Positions 38,730 to 53,700 of a stretch of 64,000 bases of DNA are shown piece after piece. The notes beneath the pieces were generated by a model, which searched no databases, was not told the origin of the DNA, and was given only the letters and a program-made list of their open reading frames with translations. Numbering within the stretch: position 1 is the first letter of the stretch; each line of letters starts with the position of its first letter. The DNA is taken from contig OZ059900.1 of the NCBI GenBank assembly GCA_964057225.1, forward strand, positions 21,948,001 to 22,012,000. The letters run 5' to 3'. A program made the position numbers and the translations under genes. The DNA comes from Auanema rhodensis (lineage: Eukaryota; Animalia; Nematoda).

Positions 38730-41700
38730 TTACAGCGAAATTTCCAAAAACTGGTTTTCCAGCATAATAAAATATTTCTCATGGGAAATACTGTGTTTTT
38801 GTTTTTTTCTAGTGTTCAGCATGTAAAATGCTTCATTTTAGTATGTAACATGCAGAAATTCGTTGCATTTGACGACTCATATGAACAAAAATCGATTTAA
38901 TCAATATTAGCCATAAGGGGCGTGCCCTCAGAATATGCTAATTTCCTTAATTTTCTAACCCTTGTTTTTTTGTCGTGAAAGTGGAACTAGACGTTGTACG
39001 AACAATTTTGAGCTAGGTTTCATTGACATTGCATGAGTTTGAACACATGAAATCGTAAGTCAAAACCTTGTTTACAGCGAAATTTCCAAAAACTGGTTTT
39101 CCAGCATAATAAAATATTTCTCATGGGAAATACTGTGTTTTTGTATTTTTCTAGTGTTCAGCATGTAAAATGCTTCATTTTAGTATGTAACACGCTGAAA
39201 TTCGTTGCATTTGACGACTCATATGAACAAAAATCGATTTAATCAATATTAGCCATAAGGGCCGTGCCCTCAGAATATGCTAACTTCCTTAATTTTCTAA
39301 CCCCTGTTTTTTTGTCGTGAAAGTGGAACTAGACGTTGTACGAACAATTTTGAGCTAGGTTTCATTGACATTGCATGAGTTTGAACACATGAAATCGTAA
39401 GTCAAAACCTTGTTTACAGCGAAATTTCCAAAAACTGGTTTTCCAGCATAATAAAATATTTCTCATGGGAAATACTGTGTTTTTGTTTTTTTCTAGTGTT
39501 CAGCATGTAAAATGCTTCATTTTAGTATGTAACACGCTGAAATTCGTTGCATTTGACGACTCATATGAACAAAAATCGATTTAATCAATATTAGCCATAA
39601 GGGGCGTGCCCTCAGAATATGCTAATTTCCTTAATTTTCTAACCCCTGTTTTTTTGTCGTGAAAGTGGAACTAGACGTTGTACGAACAATTTTGAGCTAG
39701 GTTTCATTGACATTGCATGAGTTTGAACACATGAAATCGTAAGTCAAAACCTTGTTTACAGCGAAATTTCCAAAAACTGGTTTTCCAGCATAATAAAATA
39801 TTTCTCATGGGAAATATTGTGTTTTTGTATTTTTCTAGTGTTCAGCATGTAAAATGCTTCATTTTAGTATGTAACACGCTGAAATTCGTTGCATTTGACG
39901 ACTCATATGAACAAAAATCGATTTAATCAATATTAGCCATAAGGGGCGTGCCCTCAGAATATGCTAATTTCCTTAATTTTCTAACCCCTGTTTTTTTGTC
40001 GTGAAAGTGGAACTATACGTTGTACAAACAATTTTGAGCTAGGTTTCATTGACATTGCATGAGTTTGAACACATGAAATCGTAAGTCAAATCCTTGTTTA
40101 CAGCGAAATTTCCAAAAACTGGTTTTCCAGCATAATAAAATATTTCTCATGGGAAATACTGTGTTTTTGTATTTTTCTAGTGTTCAGCATGTAAAATGCT
40201 TCATTTTAGTATGTAACACGCTGAAATTCGTTGCATTTGACGACTCATATGAACAAAAATCGATTTAATCAATATTAGCCATAAGGGGCGTGCCCTCAGA
40301 ATATGCTAATTTCCTTAATTTTCTAACCCCTGTTTTTTTTGTCGTGAAAGTGGAACTAGACGTTGTACGAACAATTTTGAGCTAGGTTTCATTGACATTG
40401 CATGAGTTTGAACACATGAAATCGTAAGTCAAAACCTTGTTTACAGCGAAATTTCCAAAAACTGGTTTTCCAGCATAATAAAATATTTCTCATGGGAAAT
40501 ACTGTGTTTTTGTATTTTTCTAGTGTTCAGCATGTAAAATGCTTCATTTTAGTATGTAACACGCTGAAATTCGTTGCATTTGACGACTCATATGAACAAA
40601 AATCGATTTAATCAATATTAGCCATAAGGGGCGTGCCCTCAGAATATGCTAATTTCCTTAATTTTCTAACCCCTGTTTTTTTTGTCGTGAAAGTGGAACT
40701 AGACGTTGTACGAACAATTTTGAGCTAGGTTTCATTGACATTGCATGAGTTTGAACACATGAAATCGTAAGTCAAAACCTTGTTTACAGCGAAATTTCCA
40801 AAAACTGGTTTTCCAGCATAATAAAATATTTTTCATGGGAAATACTGTGTTTTTGTATTTTTCTAGTGTTCAGCATGTAAAATGCTTCATTTTAGTATGT
40901 AACACGCTGAAATTCGTTGCATTTGACGACTCATATGAACAAAAATCGATTTAATCAATATTAGCCATAAGGGGCGTGCCCTCAGAATATGCTAATTTCC
41001 TTAATTTTCTAACCCCTGTTTTTTTGTCGTGAAAGTGGAACTAGACGTTGTACGAACAATTTTGAGCTAGGTTTCATTGACATTGCATGAGTTTGAACAC
41101 ATGAAATCGTAAGTCAAAACCTTGTTTACAGCGAAATTTCCAAAAACTGGTTTTCCAGCATAATAAAATATTTCTCATGGGAAATACTGTGTTTTTGTAT
41201 TTTTCTAGTGTTCAGCATGTAAAATGCTTCATTTTAGTATGTAACACGCTGAAATTCGTTGCATTTGACGACTCATATGAACAAAAATCGATTTAATCAA
41301 TATTAGCCATAAGGGGCGTGCCCTCAGAATATGCTAATTTCCTTAATTTTCTAACCCCTGTTTTTTTGTCGTGAAAGTGGAACTAGACGTTGTACGAACA
41401 ATTTTGAGCTAAGTTTCATTGACATTGCATGAGTTTGAACACATGAAATCGTAAGTCAAAACCTTGTTTACAGCGAAATTTCCAAAAACTGGTTTTCCAG
41501 CATAATAAAATATTTCTCATGGGAAATACTGTGTTTTTGTATTTTTCTAGTGTTCAGCATGTAAAATGCTTCATTTTAGTATGTAACACGCTGAAATTCG
41601 TTGCATTTGACGACTCATATGAACAAAAATCGATTTAATCAATATTAGCCATAAGGGGCGTGCCCTCAGAATATGCTAATTTCCTTAATTTTCTAACCCC

Positions 41701-44700
41701 TGTTTTTTTTGTCGTGAAAGTGGAACTAGACGTTGTACGAACAATTTTGAGCTAGGTTTCGTTGACATTGCATGAGTTTGAACACATGAAATCGTAAGTC
41801 AAAACCTTGTTTACAGCGAAATTTCCAAAAACTGGTTTTCCAGCATAATAAAATATTTTTCATGGGAAATACTGTGTTTTTCTATTTTTCTAGTGTTCAG
41901 CATGTAAAATGCTTCATTTTAGTATGTAACACGCTGAAATTCGTTGCATTTGACGACTCATATGAACAAAAATCGATTTAATCAATATTAGCCATAAGGG
42001 GCGTGCCCTCAGAATATGCTAATTTCCTTAATTTTCTAACCCCTGTTTTTTTGTCGTGAAAGTGGAACTAGACGTTGTACGAACAATTTTGAGCTAGGTT
42101 TCATTGACATTGCATGAGTTTGAACACATGAAATCGTAAGTCAAATCCTTGTTTACAGCGAAATTTCCAAAAACTGGTTTTCCAGCATAATAAAATATTT
42201 CTCATGGGAAATACTGTGTTTTTGTATTTTTCTAGTGTTCAGCATGTAAAATGCTTCATTTTAGTATGTAACACGCTGAAATTCGTTGCATTTGACGACT
42301 CATATGAACAAAAATCGATTTAATCAATATTAGCAATAAGGGGCGTGCCCTCAGAATATGCTAATTTCCTTAATTTTCTAACCCCTGTTTTTTTGTCGTG
42401 AAAGTGGAACTAGACGTTGTACGAACAATTTTGAGCTAGGTTTCATTGACATTGCATGAGTTTGAACACATGAAATCGTAAGTCAAACCTTGTTTACAGC
42501 GAAATTTCCAAAAACTGGTTTTCCAGCATAATAAAATATTTCTCATGGGAAATACTGTGTTTTTGTATTTTTCTAGTGTTCAGCATGTAAAATGCTTCAT
42601 TTTAGTATGTAACACGCTGAAATTCGTTGCATTTGACGACTCATATGAACAAAAATCGATTTAATCAATATTAGCCATAAGGGGCGTGCCCTCAGAATAT
42701 GCTAATTTCCTTAATTTTCTAACCCCTGTTTTTTTGTCGTGAAAGTGGAACTAGACGTTGTACGAACAATTTTGAGCTAGGTTTCATTGACATTGCATGA
42801 GTTTGAACACATGAAATCGTAAGTCAAAACCTTGTTTACAGCGAAATTTCCAAAAACTGGTTTTCCAGCATAATAAAATATTTCTCATGGGAAATATTGT
42901 GTTTTTGTATTTTTCTAGTGTTCAGCATGTAAAATGCTTCATTTTAGTATGTAACACGCTGAAATTCGTTGCATTTGACGACTCATATGAACAAAAATCG
43001 ATTTAATCAATATTAGCTATAAGGGGCGTGCCCTCAGAATATGCTAATTTCCTTAATTTTCTAACCCCTGTTTTTTTGTCGTGAAAGTGGAACTAGACGT
43101 TGTACGAACAATTTTGAGCTAAGTTTCATTGACATTGCATGAGTTTGAACACATGAAATCGTAAGTCAAAACCTTGTTTACAGCGAAATTTCCAAAAACT
43201 GGTTTTCCAGCATAATAAAATATTTCTCATGGGAAATACTGTGTTTTTGTTTTTTTCTAGTGTTCAGCATGTAAAATGCTTCATTTTAGTATGTAACATG
43301 CAGAAATTCGTTGCATTTGACGACTCATATGAACAAAAATCGATTTAATCAATATTAGCCATAAGGGGCGTGCCCTCAGAATATGCTAATTTCCTTAATT
43401 TTCTAACCCTTGTTTTTTTGTCGTGAAAGTGGAACTAGACGTTGTACGAACAATTTTGAGCTAGGTTTCATTGACATTGCATGAGTTTGAACACATGAAA
43501 TCGTAAGTCAAAACCTTGTTTACAGCGAAATTTCCAAAAACTGGTTTTCCAGCATAATAAAATATTTCTCATGGGAAATACTGTGTTTTTGTATTTTTCT
43601 AGTGTTCAGCATGTAAAATGCTTCATTTTAGTATGTAACACGCTGAAATTCGTTGCATTTGACGACTCATATGAACAAAAATCGATTTAATCAATATTAG
43701 CCATAAGGGGCGTGCCCTCAGAATATGCTAACTTCCTTAATTTTCTAACCCCTGTTTTTTTTGTCGTGAAAGTGGAACTAGACGTTGTACGAACAATTTT
43801 GAGCTAGGTTTCATTGACATTGCAAGAGTTTGAACACATGAAATCGTAAGTCAAAACCTTGTTTACAGCGAAATTTCCAAAAACTGGTTTTCCAGCATAA
43901 TAAAATATTTCTCATGGGAAATACTGTGTTTTTGTTTTTTTCTAGTGTTCAGCATGTAAAATGCTTCATTTTAGTATGTAACACGCTGAAATTCGTTGCA
44001 TTTGACGACTCATATGAACAAAAATCGATTTAATCAATATTAGCCATAAGGGGCGTGCCCTCAGAATATGCTAATTTCCTTAATTTTCTAACCCTTGTTT
44101 TTTTGTCGTGAAAGTGGAACTAGACGTTGTACGAACAATTTTGAGCTAGGTTTCATTGACATTGCATGAGTTTGAACACATGAAATCGTAAGTCAAAACC
44201 TTGTTTACAGCGAAATTTCCAAAAACTGGTTTTCCAGCATAATAAAATATTTCTCATGGGAAATACTGTGTTTTTGTTTTTTTCTAGTGTTCAGCATGTA
44301 AAATGCTTCATTTTAGTATGTAACATGCAGAAATTCGTTGCATTTGACGACTCATATGAACAAAAATCGATTTAATCAATATTAGCCATAAGGGCCGTGC
44401 CCTCAGAATATGCTAATTTCCTTAATTTTCTAACCCCTGTTTTTTTGTCGTGAAAGTGGAACTAGACGTTGTACGAACAATTTTGAGCTAAGTTTCATTG
44501 ACATTGCATGAGTTTGAACACATGAAATCGTAAGTCAAAACCTTGTTTACAGCGAAATTTCCAAAAACTGGTTTTCCAGCATAATAAAATATTTCTCATG
44601 GGAAATACTGTGTTTTTGTATTTTTCTAGTGTTCAGCATGTAAAATGCTTCATTTTAGTATGTAACACGCTGAAATTCGTTGCATTTGACGACTCATATG

Positions 44701-47700
44701 AACAAAAATCGATTTAATCAATATTAGCCATAAGGGCCGTGCCCTCAGAATATGCTAACTTCCTTAATTTTCTAACCCCTGTTTTTTTGTCGTGAAAGTG
44801 GAACTAGACGTTGTACGAACAATTTTGAGCTAGGTTTCATTGACATTGCATGAGTTTGAACACATGAAATCGTAAGTCAAAACCTTGTTTACAGCGAAAT
44901 TTCCAAAAACTGGTTTTCCAGCATAATAAAATATTTCTCATGGGAAATATTGTGTTTTTGTATTTTTCTAGTGTTCAGCATGTAAAATGCTTCATTTTAG
45001 TATGTAACACGCTGAAATTCGTTGCATTTGACGACTCATATGAACAAAAATCGATTTAATCAATATTAGCTATAAGGGGCGTGCCCTCAGAATATGCTAA
45101 TTTCCTTAATTTTCTAACCCCTGTTTTTTTGTCGTGAAAGTGGAACTAGACGTTGTACGAACAATTTTGAGCTAAGTTTCATTGACATTGCATGAGTTTG
45201 AACACATGAAATCGTAAGTCAAAACCTTGTTTACAGCGAAATTTCCAAAAACTGGTTTTCCAGCATAATAAAATATTTCTCATGGGAAATACTGTGTTTT
45301 TGTTTTTTTCTAGTGTTCAGCATGTAAAATGCTTCATTTTAGTATGTAACATGCAGAAATTCGTTGCATTTGACGACTCATATGAACAAAAATCGATTTA
45401 ATCAATATTAGCCATAAGGGGCGTGCCCTCAGAATATGCTAATTTCCTTAATTTTCTAACCCTTGTTTTTTTGTCGTGAAAGTGGAACTAGACGTTGTAC
45501 GAACAATTTTGAGCTAGGTTTCATTGACATTGCATGAGTTTGAACACATGAAATCGTAAGTCAAAACCTTGTTTACAGCGAAATTTCCAAAAACTGGTTT
45601 TCCAGCATAATAAAATATTTCTCATGGGAAATACTGTGTTTTTGTATTTTTCTAGTGTTCAGCATGTAAAATGCTTCATTTTAGTATGTAACACGCTGAA
45701 ATTCGTTGCATTTGACGACTCATATGAACAAAAATCGATTTAATCAATATTAGCCATAAGGGGCGTGCCCTCAGAATATGCTAACTTCCTTAATTTTCTA
45801 ACCCCTGTTTTTTTTGTCGTGAAAGTGGAACTAGACGTTGTACGAACAATTTTGAGCTAGGTTTCATTGACATTGCAAGAGTTTGAACACATGAAATCGT
45901 AAGTCAAAACCTTGTTTACAGCGAAATTTCCAAAAACTGGTTTTCCAGCATAATAAAATATTTCTCATGGGAAATACTGTGTTTTTGTTTTTTTCTAGTG
46001 TTCAGCATGTAAAATGCTTCATTTTAGTATGTAACACGCTGAAATTCGTTGCATTTGACGACTCATATGAACAAAAATCGATTTAATCAATATTAGCTAT
46101 AAGGGGCGTGCCCTCAGAATATGCTAATTTCCTTAATTTTCTAACCCCTGTTTTTTTGTCGTGAAAGTGGAACTAGACGTTGTACGAACAATTTTGAGCT
46201 AAGTTTCATTGACATTGCATGAGTTTGAACACATGAAATCGTAAGTCAAAACCTTGTTTACAGCGAAATTTCCAAAAACTGGTTTTCCAGCATAATAAAA
46301 TATTTCTCATGGGAAATACTGTGTTTTTGTTTTTTTCTAGTGTTCAGCATGTAAAATGCTTCATTTTAGTATGTAACATGCAGAAATTCGTTGCATTTGA
46401 CGACTCATATGAACAAAAATCGATTTAATCAATATTAGCCATAAGGGGCGTGCCCTCAGAATATGCTAATTTCCTTAATTTTCTAACCCTTGTTTTTTTG
46501 TCGTGAAAGTGGAACTAGACGTTGTACGAACAATTTTGAGCTAGGTTTCATTGACATTGCATGAGTTTGAACACATGAAATCGTAAGTCAAAACCTTGTT
46601 TACAGCGAAATTTCCAAAAACTGGTTTTCCAGCATAATACAATATTTCTCATGGGAAATACTGTGTTTTTGTATTTTTCTAGTGTTCAGCATGTAAAATG
46701 CTTCATTTTAGTATGTAACACGCTGAAATTCGTTGCATTTGACGACTCATATGAACAAAAATCGATTTAATCAATATTAGCCATAAGGGCCGTGCCCTCA
46801 GAATATGCTAACTTCCTTAATTTTCTAACCCCTGTTTTTTTGTCGTGAAAGTGGAACTAGACGTTGTACGAACAATTTTGAGCTAGGTTTCATTGACATT
46901 GCATGAGTTTGAACACATGAAATCGTAAGTCAAAACCTTGTTTACAGCGAAATTTCCAAAAACTGGTTTTCCAGCATAATAAAATATTTCTCATGGGAAA
47001 TATTGTGTTTTTGTATTTTTCTAGTGTTCAGCATGTAAAATGCTTCATTTTAGTATGTAACACGCTGAAATTCGTTGCATTTGACGACTCATATGAACAA
47101 AAATCGATTTAATGAATATTAGCAATAAGGGGCGTGCCCTCAGAATATGCTAATTTCCTTAATTTTCTAACCCCTGTTTTTTTGTCGTGAAAGTGGAACT
47201 AGACGTTGTACGAACAATTTTGAGCTAGGTTTCATTGACATTGCATGAGTTTGAACACATGAAATCGTAAGTCAAACCTTGTTTACAGCGAAATTTCCAA
47301 AAACTGGTTTTCCAGCATAATAAAATATTTCTCATGGGAAATACTGTGTTTTTGTATTTTTCTAGTGTTCAGCATGTAAAATGCTTCATTTTAGTATGTA
47401 ACACGCTGAAATTCGTTGCATTTGACGACTCATATGAACAAAAATCGATTTAATCAATATTAGCCATAAGGGGCGTGCCCTCAGAATATGCTAATTTCCT
47501 TAATTTTCTAACCCCTGTTTTTTTGTCGTGAAAGTGGAACTAGACGTTGTACGAACAATTTTGAGCTAGGTTTCATTGACATTGCATGAGTTTGAACACA
47601 TGAAATCGTAAGTCAAAACCTTGTTTACAGCGAAATTTCCAAAAACTGGTTTTCCAGCATAATAAAATATTTCTCATGGGAAATACTGTGTTTTTGTATT

Positions 47701-50700
47701 TTTAGTGTTCAGCATGTAAAATGCTTCATTTTAGTATGTAACACGCTGAAATTCGTTGCATTTGACGACTCATATGAACAAAAATCGATTTAATCAATAT
47801 TAGCTATAAGGGGCGTGCCCTCAGAATATGCTAATTTCCTTAATTTTCTAACCCCTGTTTTTTTGTCGTGAAAGTGGAACTAGACGTTGTACGAACAATT
47901 TTGAGCTAAGTTTCATTGACATTGCATGAGTTTGAACACATGAAATCGTAAGTCAAAACCTTGTTTACAGCGAAATTTCCAAAAACTGGTTTTCCAGCAT
48001 AATAAAATATTTCTCATGGGAAATACTGTGTTTTTGTTTTTTTCTAGTGTTCAGCATGTAAAATGCTTCATTTTAGTATGTAACATGCAGAAATTCGTTG
48101 CATTTGACGACTCATATGAACAAAAATCGATTTAATCAATATTAGCCATAAGGGGCGTGCCCTCAGAATATACTAATTTCCTTAATTTTCTAACCCCTTT
48201 TTTTTGTCGTGAAAGTGGAACTAGACGTTGTACGAACAATTTTGAGCTAGGTTTCATTGACATTGCATGAGTTTGAACACATGAAATCGTAAGTCAAAAC
48301 CTTGTTTACAGCGAAATTTCCAAAAACTGGTTTTCCAGCATAATAAAATATTTCTCATGGGAAATACTGTGTTTTTGTATTTTTCTAGTGTTCAGCATGT
48401 AAAATGCTTCATTTTAGTATGTAACACGCTGAAATTCGTTGCATTTGACGACTCATATGAACAAAAATCGATTTAATCAATATTAGCCATAAGGGGCGTG
48501 CCCTCAGAATATGCTAACTTCCTTAATTTTCTAACCCCTGTTTTTTTTGTCGTGAAAGTGGAACTAGACGTTGTACGAACAATTTTGAGCTAGGTTTCAT
48601 TGACATTGCAAGAGTTTGAACACATGAAATCGTAAGTCAAAACCTTGTTTACAGCGAAATTTCCAAAAACTGGTTTTCCAGCATAATAAAATATTTCTCA
48701 TGGGAAATACTGTGTTTTTGTTTTTTTCTAGTGTTCAGCATGTAAAATGCTTCATTTTAGTATGTAACATGCAGAAATTCGTTGCATTTGACGACTCATA
48801 TGAACAAAAATCGATTTAATCAATATTAGCCATAAGGGGCGTGCCCTCAGAATATGCTAATTTCCTTAATTTTCTAACCCTTGTTTTTTTGTCGTGAAAG
48901 TGGAACTAGACGTTGTACGAACAATTTTGAGCTAGGTTTCATTGACATTGCATGAGTTTGAACACATGAAATCGTAAGTCAAAACCTTGTTTACAGCGAA
49001 ATTTCCAAAAACTGGTTTTCCAGCATAATAAAATATTTCTCATGGGAAATACTGTGTTTTTGTATTTTTCTAGTGTTCAGCATGTAAAATGCTTCATTTT
49101 AGTATGTAACACGCTGAAATTCGTTGCATTTGACGACTCATATGAACAAAAATCGATTTAATCAATATTAGCCATAAGGGCCGTGCCCTCAGAATATGCT
49201 AACTTCCTTAATTTTCTAACCCCTGTTTTTTTGTCGTGAAAGTGGAACTAGACGTTGTACGAACAATTTTGAGCTAGGTTTCATTGACATTGCATGAGTT
49301 TGAACACATGAAATCGTAAGTCAAAACCTTGTTTACAGCGAAATTTCCAAAAACTGGTTTTCCAGCATAATAAAATATTTCTCATGGGAAATATTGTGTT
49401 TTTGTATTTTTCTAGTGTTCAGCATGTAAAATGCTTCATTTTAGTATGTAACACGCTGAAATTCGTTGCATTTGACGACTCATATGAACAAAAATCGATT
49501 TAATCAATATAAGCAATAAGGGGCGTGCCCTCAGAATATGCTAATTTCCTTAATTTTCTAACCCCTGTTTTTTTGTCGTGAAAGTGGAACTAGACGTTGT
49601 ACGAACAATTTTGAGCTAGGTTTCATTGACATTGCATGAGTTTGAACACATGAAATCGTAAGTCAAACCTTGTTTACAGCGAAATTTCCAAAAACTGGTT
49701 TTCCAGCATAATAAAATATTTCTCATGGGAAATACTGTGTTTTTGTATTTTTCTAGTGTTCAGCATGTAAAATGCTTCATTTTAGTATGTAACACGCTGA
49801 AATTCGTTGCATTTGACGACTCATATGAACAAAAATCGATTTAATCAATATTAGCCATAAGGGGCGTGCCCTCAGAATATGCTAATTTCCTTAATTTTCT
49901 AACCCCTGTTTTTTTGTCGTGAAAGTGGAACTAGACGTTGTACGAACAATTTTGAGCTAGGTTTCATTGACATTGCATGAGTTTGAACACATGAAATCGT
50001 AAGTCAAAACCTTGTTTACAGCGAAATTTCCAAAAACTGGTTTTCCAGCATAATAAAATATTTCTCATGGGAAATACTGTGTTTTTGTATTTTTCTAGTG
50101 TTCAGCATGTAAAATGCTTCATTTTAGTATGTAACACGCTGAAATTCGTTGCATTTGACGACTCATATGAACAAAAATCGATTTAATCAATATTAGCTAT
50201 AAGGGGCGTGCCCTCAGAATATGCTAATTTCCTTAATTTTCTAACCCCTGTTTTTTTGTCGTGAAAGTGGAACTAGACGTTGTACGAACAATTTTGAGCT
50301 AAGTTTCATTGACATTGCATGAGTTTGAACACATGAAATCGTAAGTCAAAACCTTGTTTACAGCGAAATTTCCAAAAACTGGTTTTCCAGCATAATAAAA
50401 TATTTCTCATGGGAAATACTGTGTTTTTGTTTTTTTCTAGTGTTCAGCATGTAAAATGCTTCATTTTAGTATGTAACATGCAGAAATTCGTTGCATTTGA
50501 CGACTCATATGAACAAAAATCGATTTAATCAATATTAGCCATAAGGGGCGTGCCCTCAGAATATGCTAATTTCCTTAATTTTCTAACCCTTGTTTTTTTG
50601 TCGTGAAAGTGGAACTAGACGTTGTACGAACAATTTTGAGCTAGGTTTCATTGACATTGCATGAGTTTGAACACATGAAATCGTAAGTCAAAACCTTGTT

Positions 50701-53700
50701 TACAGCGAAATTTCCAAAAACTGGTTTTCCAGCATAATAAAATATTTCTCATGGGAAATACTGTGTTTTTGTATTTTTCTAGTGTTCAGCATGTAAAATG
50801 CTTCATTTTAGTATGTAACACGCTGAAATTCGTTGCATTTGACGACTCATATGAACAAAAATCGATTTAATCAATATTAGCCATAAGGGGCGTGCCCTCA
50901 GAATATGCTAACTTCCTTAATTTTCTAACCCCTGTTTTTTTTGTCGTGAAAGTGGAACTAGACGTTGTACGAACAATTTTGAGCTAGGTTTCATTGACAT
51001 TGCAAGAGTTTGAACACATGAAATCGTAAGTCAAAACCTTGTTTACAGCGAAATTTCCAAAAACTGGTTTTCCAGCATAATAAAATATTTCTCATGGGAA
51101 ATACTGTGTTTTTGTTTTTTTCTAGTGTTCAGCATGTAAAATGCTTCATTTTAGTATGTAACACGCTGAAATTCGTTGCATTTGACGACTCATATGAACA
51201 AAAATCGATTTAATCAATATTAGCTATAAGGGGCGTGCCCTCAGAATATGCTAATTTCCTTAATTTTCTAACCCCTGTTTTTTTGTCGTGAAAGTGGAAC
51301 TAGACGTTGTACGAACAATTTTGAGCTAAGTTTCATTGACATTGCATGAGTTTGAACACATGAAATCGTAAGTCAAAACCTTGTTTACAACGAAATTTCC
51401 AAAAACTGGTTTTCCAGCATAATAAAATATTTCTCATGGGAAATACTGTGTTTTTGTTTTTTTCTAGTGTTCAGCATGTAAAATGCTTCATTTTAGTATG
51501 TAACATGCAGAAATTCGTTGCATTTGACGACTCATATGAACAAAAATCGATTTAATCAATATTAGCCATAAGGGGCGTGCCCTCAGAATATGCTAATTTC
51601 CTTAATTTTCTAACCCTTGTTTTTTTGTCGTGAAAGTGGAACTAGACGTTGTACGAACAATTTTGAGCTAGGTTTCATTGACATTGCATGAGTTTGAACA
51701 CATGAAATCGTAAGTCAAAACCTTGTTTACAGCGAAATTTCCAAAAACTGGTTTTCCAGCATAATAAAATATTTCTCATGGGTAATACTGTGTTTTTGTA
51801 TTTTTCTAGTGTTCAGCATGTAAAATGCTTCATTTTAGTATGTAACACGCTGAAATTCGTTGCATTTGACGACTCATATGAACAAAAATCGATTTAATCA
51901 ATATTAGCTATAAGGGGCGTGCCCTCAGAATATGCTAATTTCCTTAATTTTCTAACCCCTGTTTTTTTGTCGTGAAAGTGGAACTAGACGTTGTACGAAC
52001 AATTTTGAGCTAAGTTTCATTGACATTGCATGAGTTTGAACACATGAAATCGTAAGTCAAAACCTTGTTTACAGCGAAATTTCCAAAAACTGGTTTTCCA
52101 GCATAATAAAATATTTCTCATGAGAAATACTGTGTTTTTGTTTTTTTCTAGTGTTCAGCATGTAAAATGCTTCATTTTAGTATGTAACATGCAGAAATTC
52201 GTTGCATTTGACGACTCATATGAACAAAAATCGATTTAATCAATATTAGCCATAAGGGGCGTGCCCTCAGAATATGCTAATTTCCTTAATTTTCTAACCC
52301 TTGTTTTTTTGTCGTGAAAGTGGAACTAGACGTTGTACGAACAATTTTGAGCTAGGTTTCATTGACATTGCATGAGTTTGAACACATGAAATCGTAAGTC
52401 AAAACCTTGTTTACAGCGAAATTTCCAAAAACTGGTTTTCCAGCATAATAAAATATTTCTCATGGGAAATACTGTGTTTTTGTATTTTTCTAGTGTTCAG
52501 CATGTAAAATGCTTCATTTTAGTATGTAACACGCTGAAATTCGTTGCATTTGACGACTCATATGAACAAAAATCGATTTAATCAATATTAGCCATAAGGG
52601 GCGTGCCCTCAGAATATGCTAACTTCCTTAATTTTCTAACCCCTGTTTTTTTTGTCGTGAAAGTGGAACTAGACGTTGTACGAACAATTTTGAGCTAGGT
52701 TTCATTGACATTGCAAGAGTTTGAACACATGAAATCGTAAGTCAAAACCTTGTTTACAGCGAAATTTCCAAAAACTGGTTTTCCAGCATAATAAAATATT
52801 TCTCATGGGAAATACTGTGTTTTTGTTTTTTTCTAGTGTTCAGCATGTAAAATGCTTCATTTTAGTATGTAACACGCTGAAATTCGTTGCATTTGACGAC
52901 TCATATGAACAAAAATCGATTTAATCAATATTAGCTATAAGGGGCGTGCCCTCAGAATATGCTAATTTCCTTAATTTTCTAACCCCTGTTTTTTTGTCGT
53001 GAAAGTGGAACTAGACGTTGTACGAACAATTTTGAGCTAAGTTTCATTGACATTGCATGAGTTTGAACACATGAAATCGTAAGTCAAAACCTTGTTTACA
53101 ACGAAATTTCCAAAAACTGGTTTTCCAGCATAATAAAATATTTCTCATGGGAAATACTGTGTTTTTGTTTTTTTCTAGTGTTCAGCATGTAAAATGCTTC
53201 ATTTTAGTATGTAACATGCAGAAATTCGTTGCATTTGACGACTCATATGAACAAAAATCGATTTAATCAATATTAGCCATAAGGGGCGTGCCCTCAGAAT
53301 ATGCTAATTTCCTTAATTTTCTAACCCTTGTTTTTTTGTCGTGAAAGTGGAACTAGACGTTGTACGAACAATTTTGAGCTAGGTTTCATTGACATTGCAT
53401 GAGTTTGAACACATGAAATCGTAAGTCAAAACCTTGTTTACAGCGAAATTTCCAAAAACTGGTTTTCCAGCATAATAAAATATTTCTCATGGGTAATACT
53501 GTGTTTTTGTATTTTTCTAGTGTTCAGCATGTAAAATGCTTCATTTTAGTATGTAACACGCTGAAATTCGTTGCATTTGACGACTCATATGAACAAAAAT
53601 CGATTTAATCAATATTAGCCATAAGGGCCGTGCCCTCAGAATATGCTAACTTCCTTAATTTTCTAACCCCTGTTTTTTTGTCGTGAAAGTGGAACTAGAC

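Noticed and set aside
38411-38782. 123-aa ORF on the - strand
   Set aside because: It is open only because it reads through 200 Ns; the flanks are ordinary satellite.
38521-38826. 101-aa ORF on the + strand
   Set aside because: It is mostly X residues from the gap, so it is an artefact.
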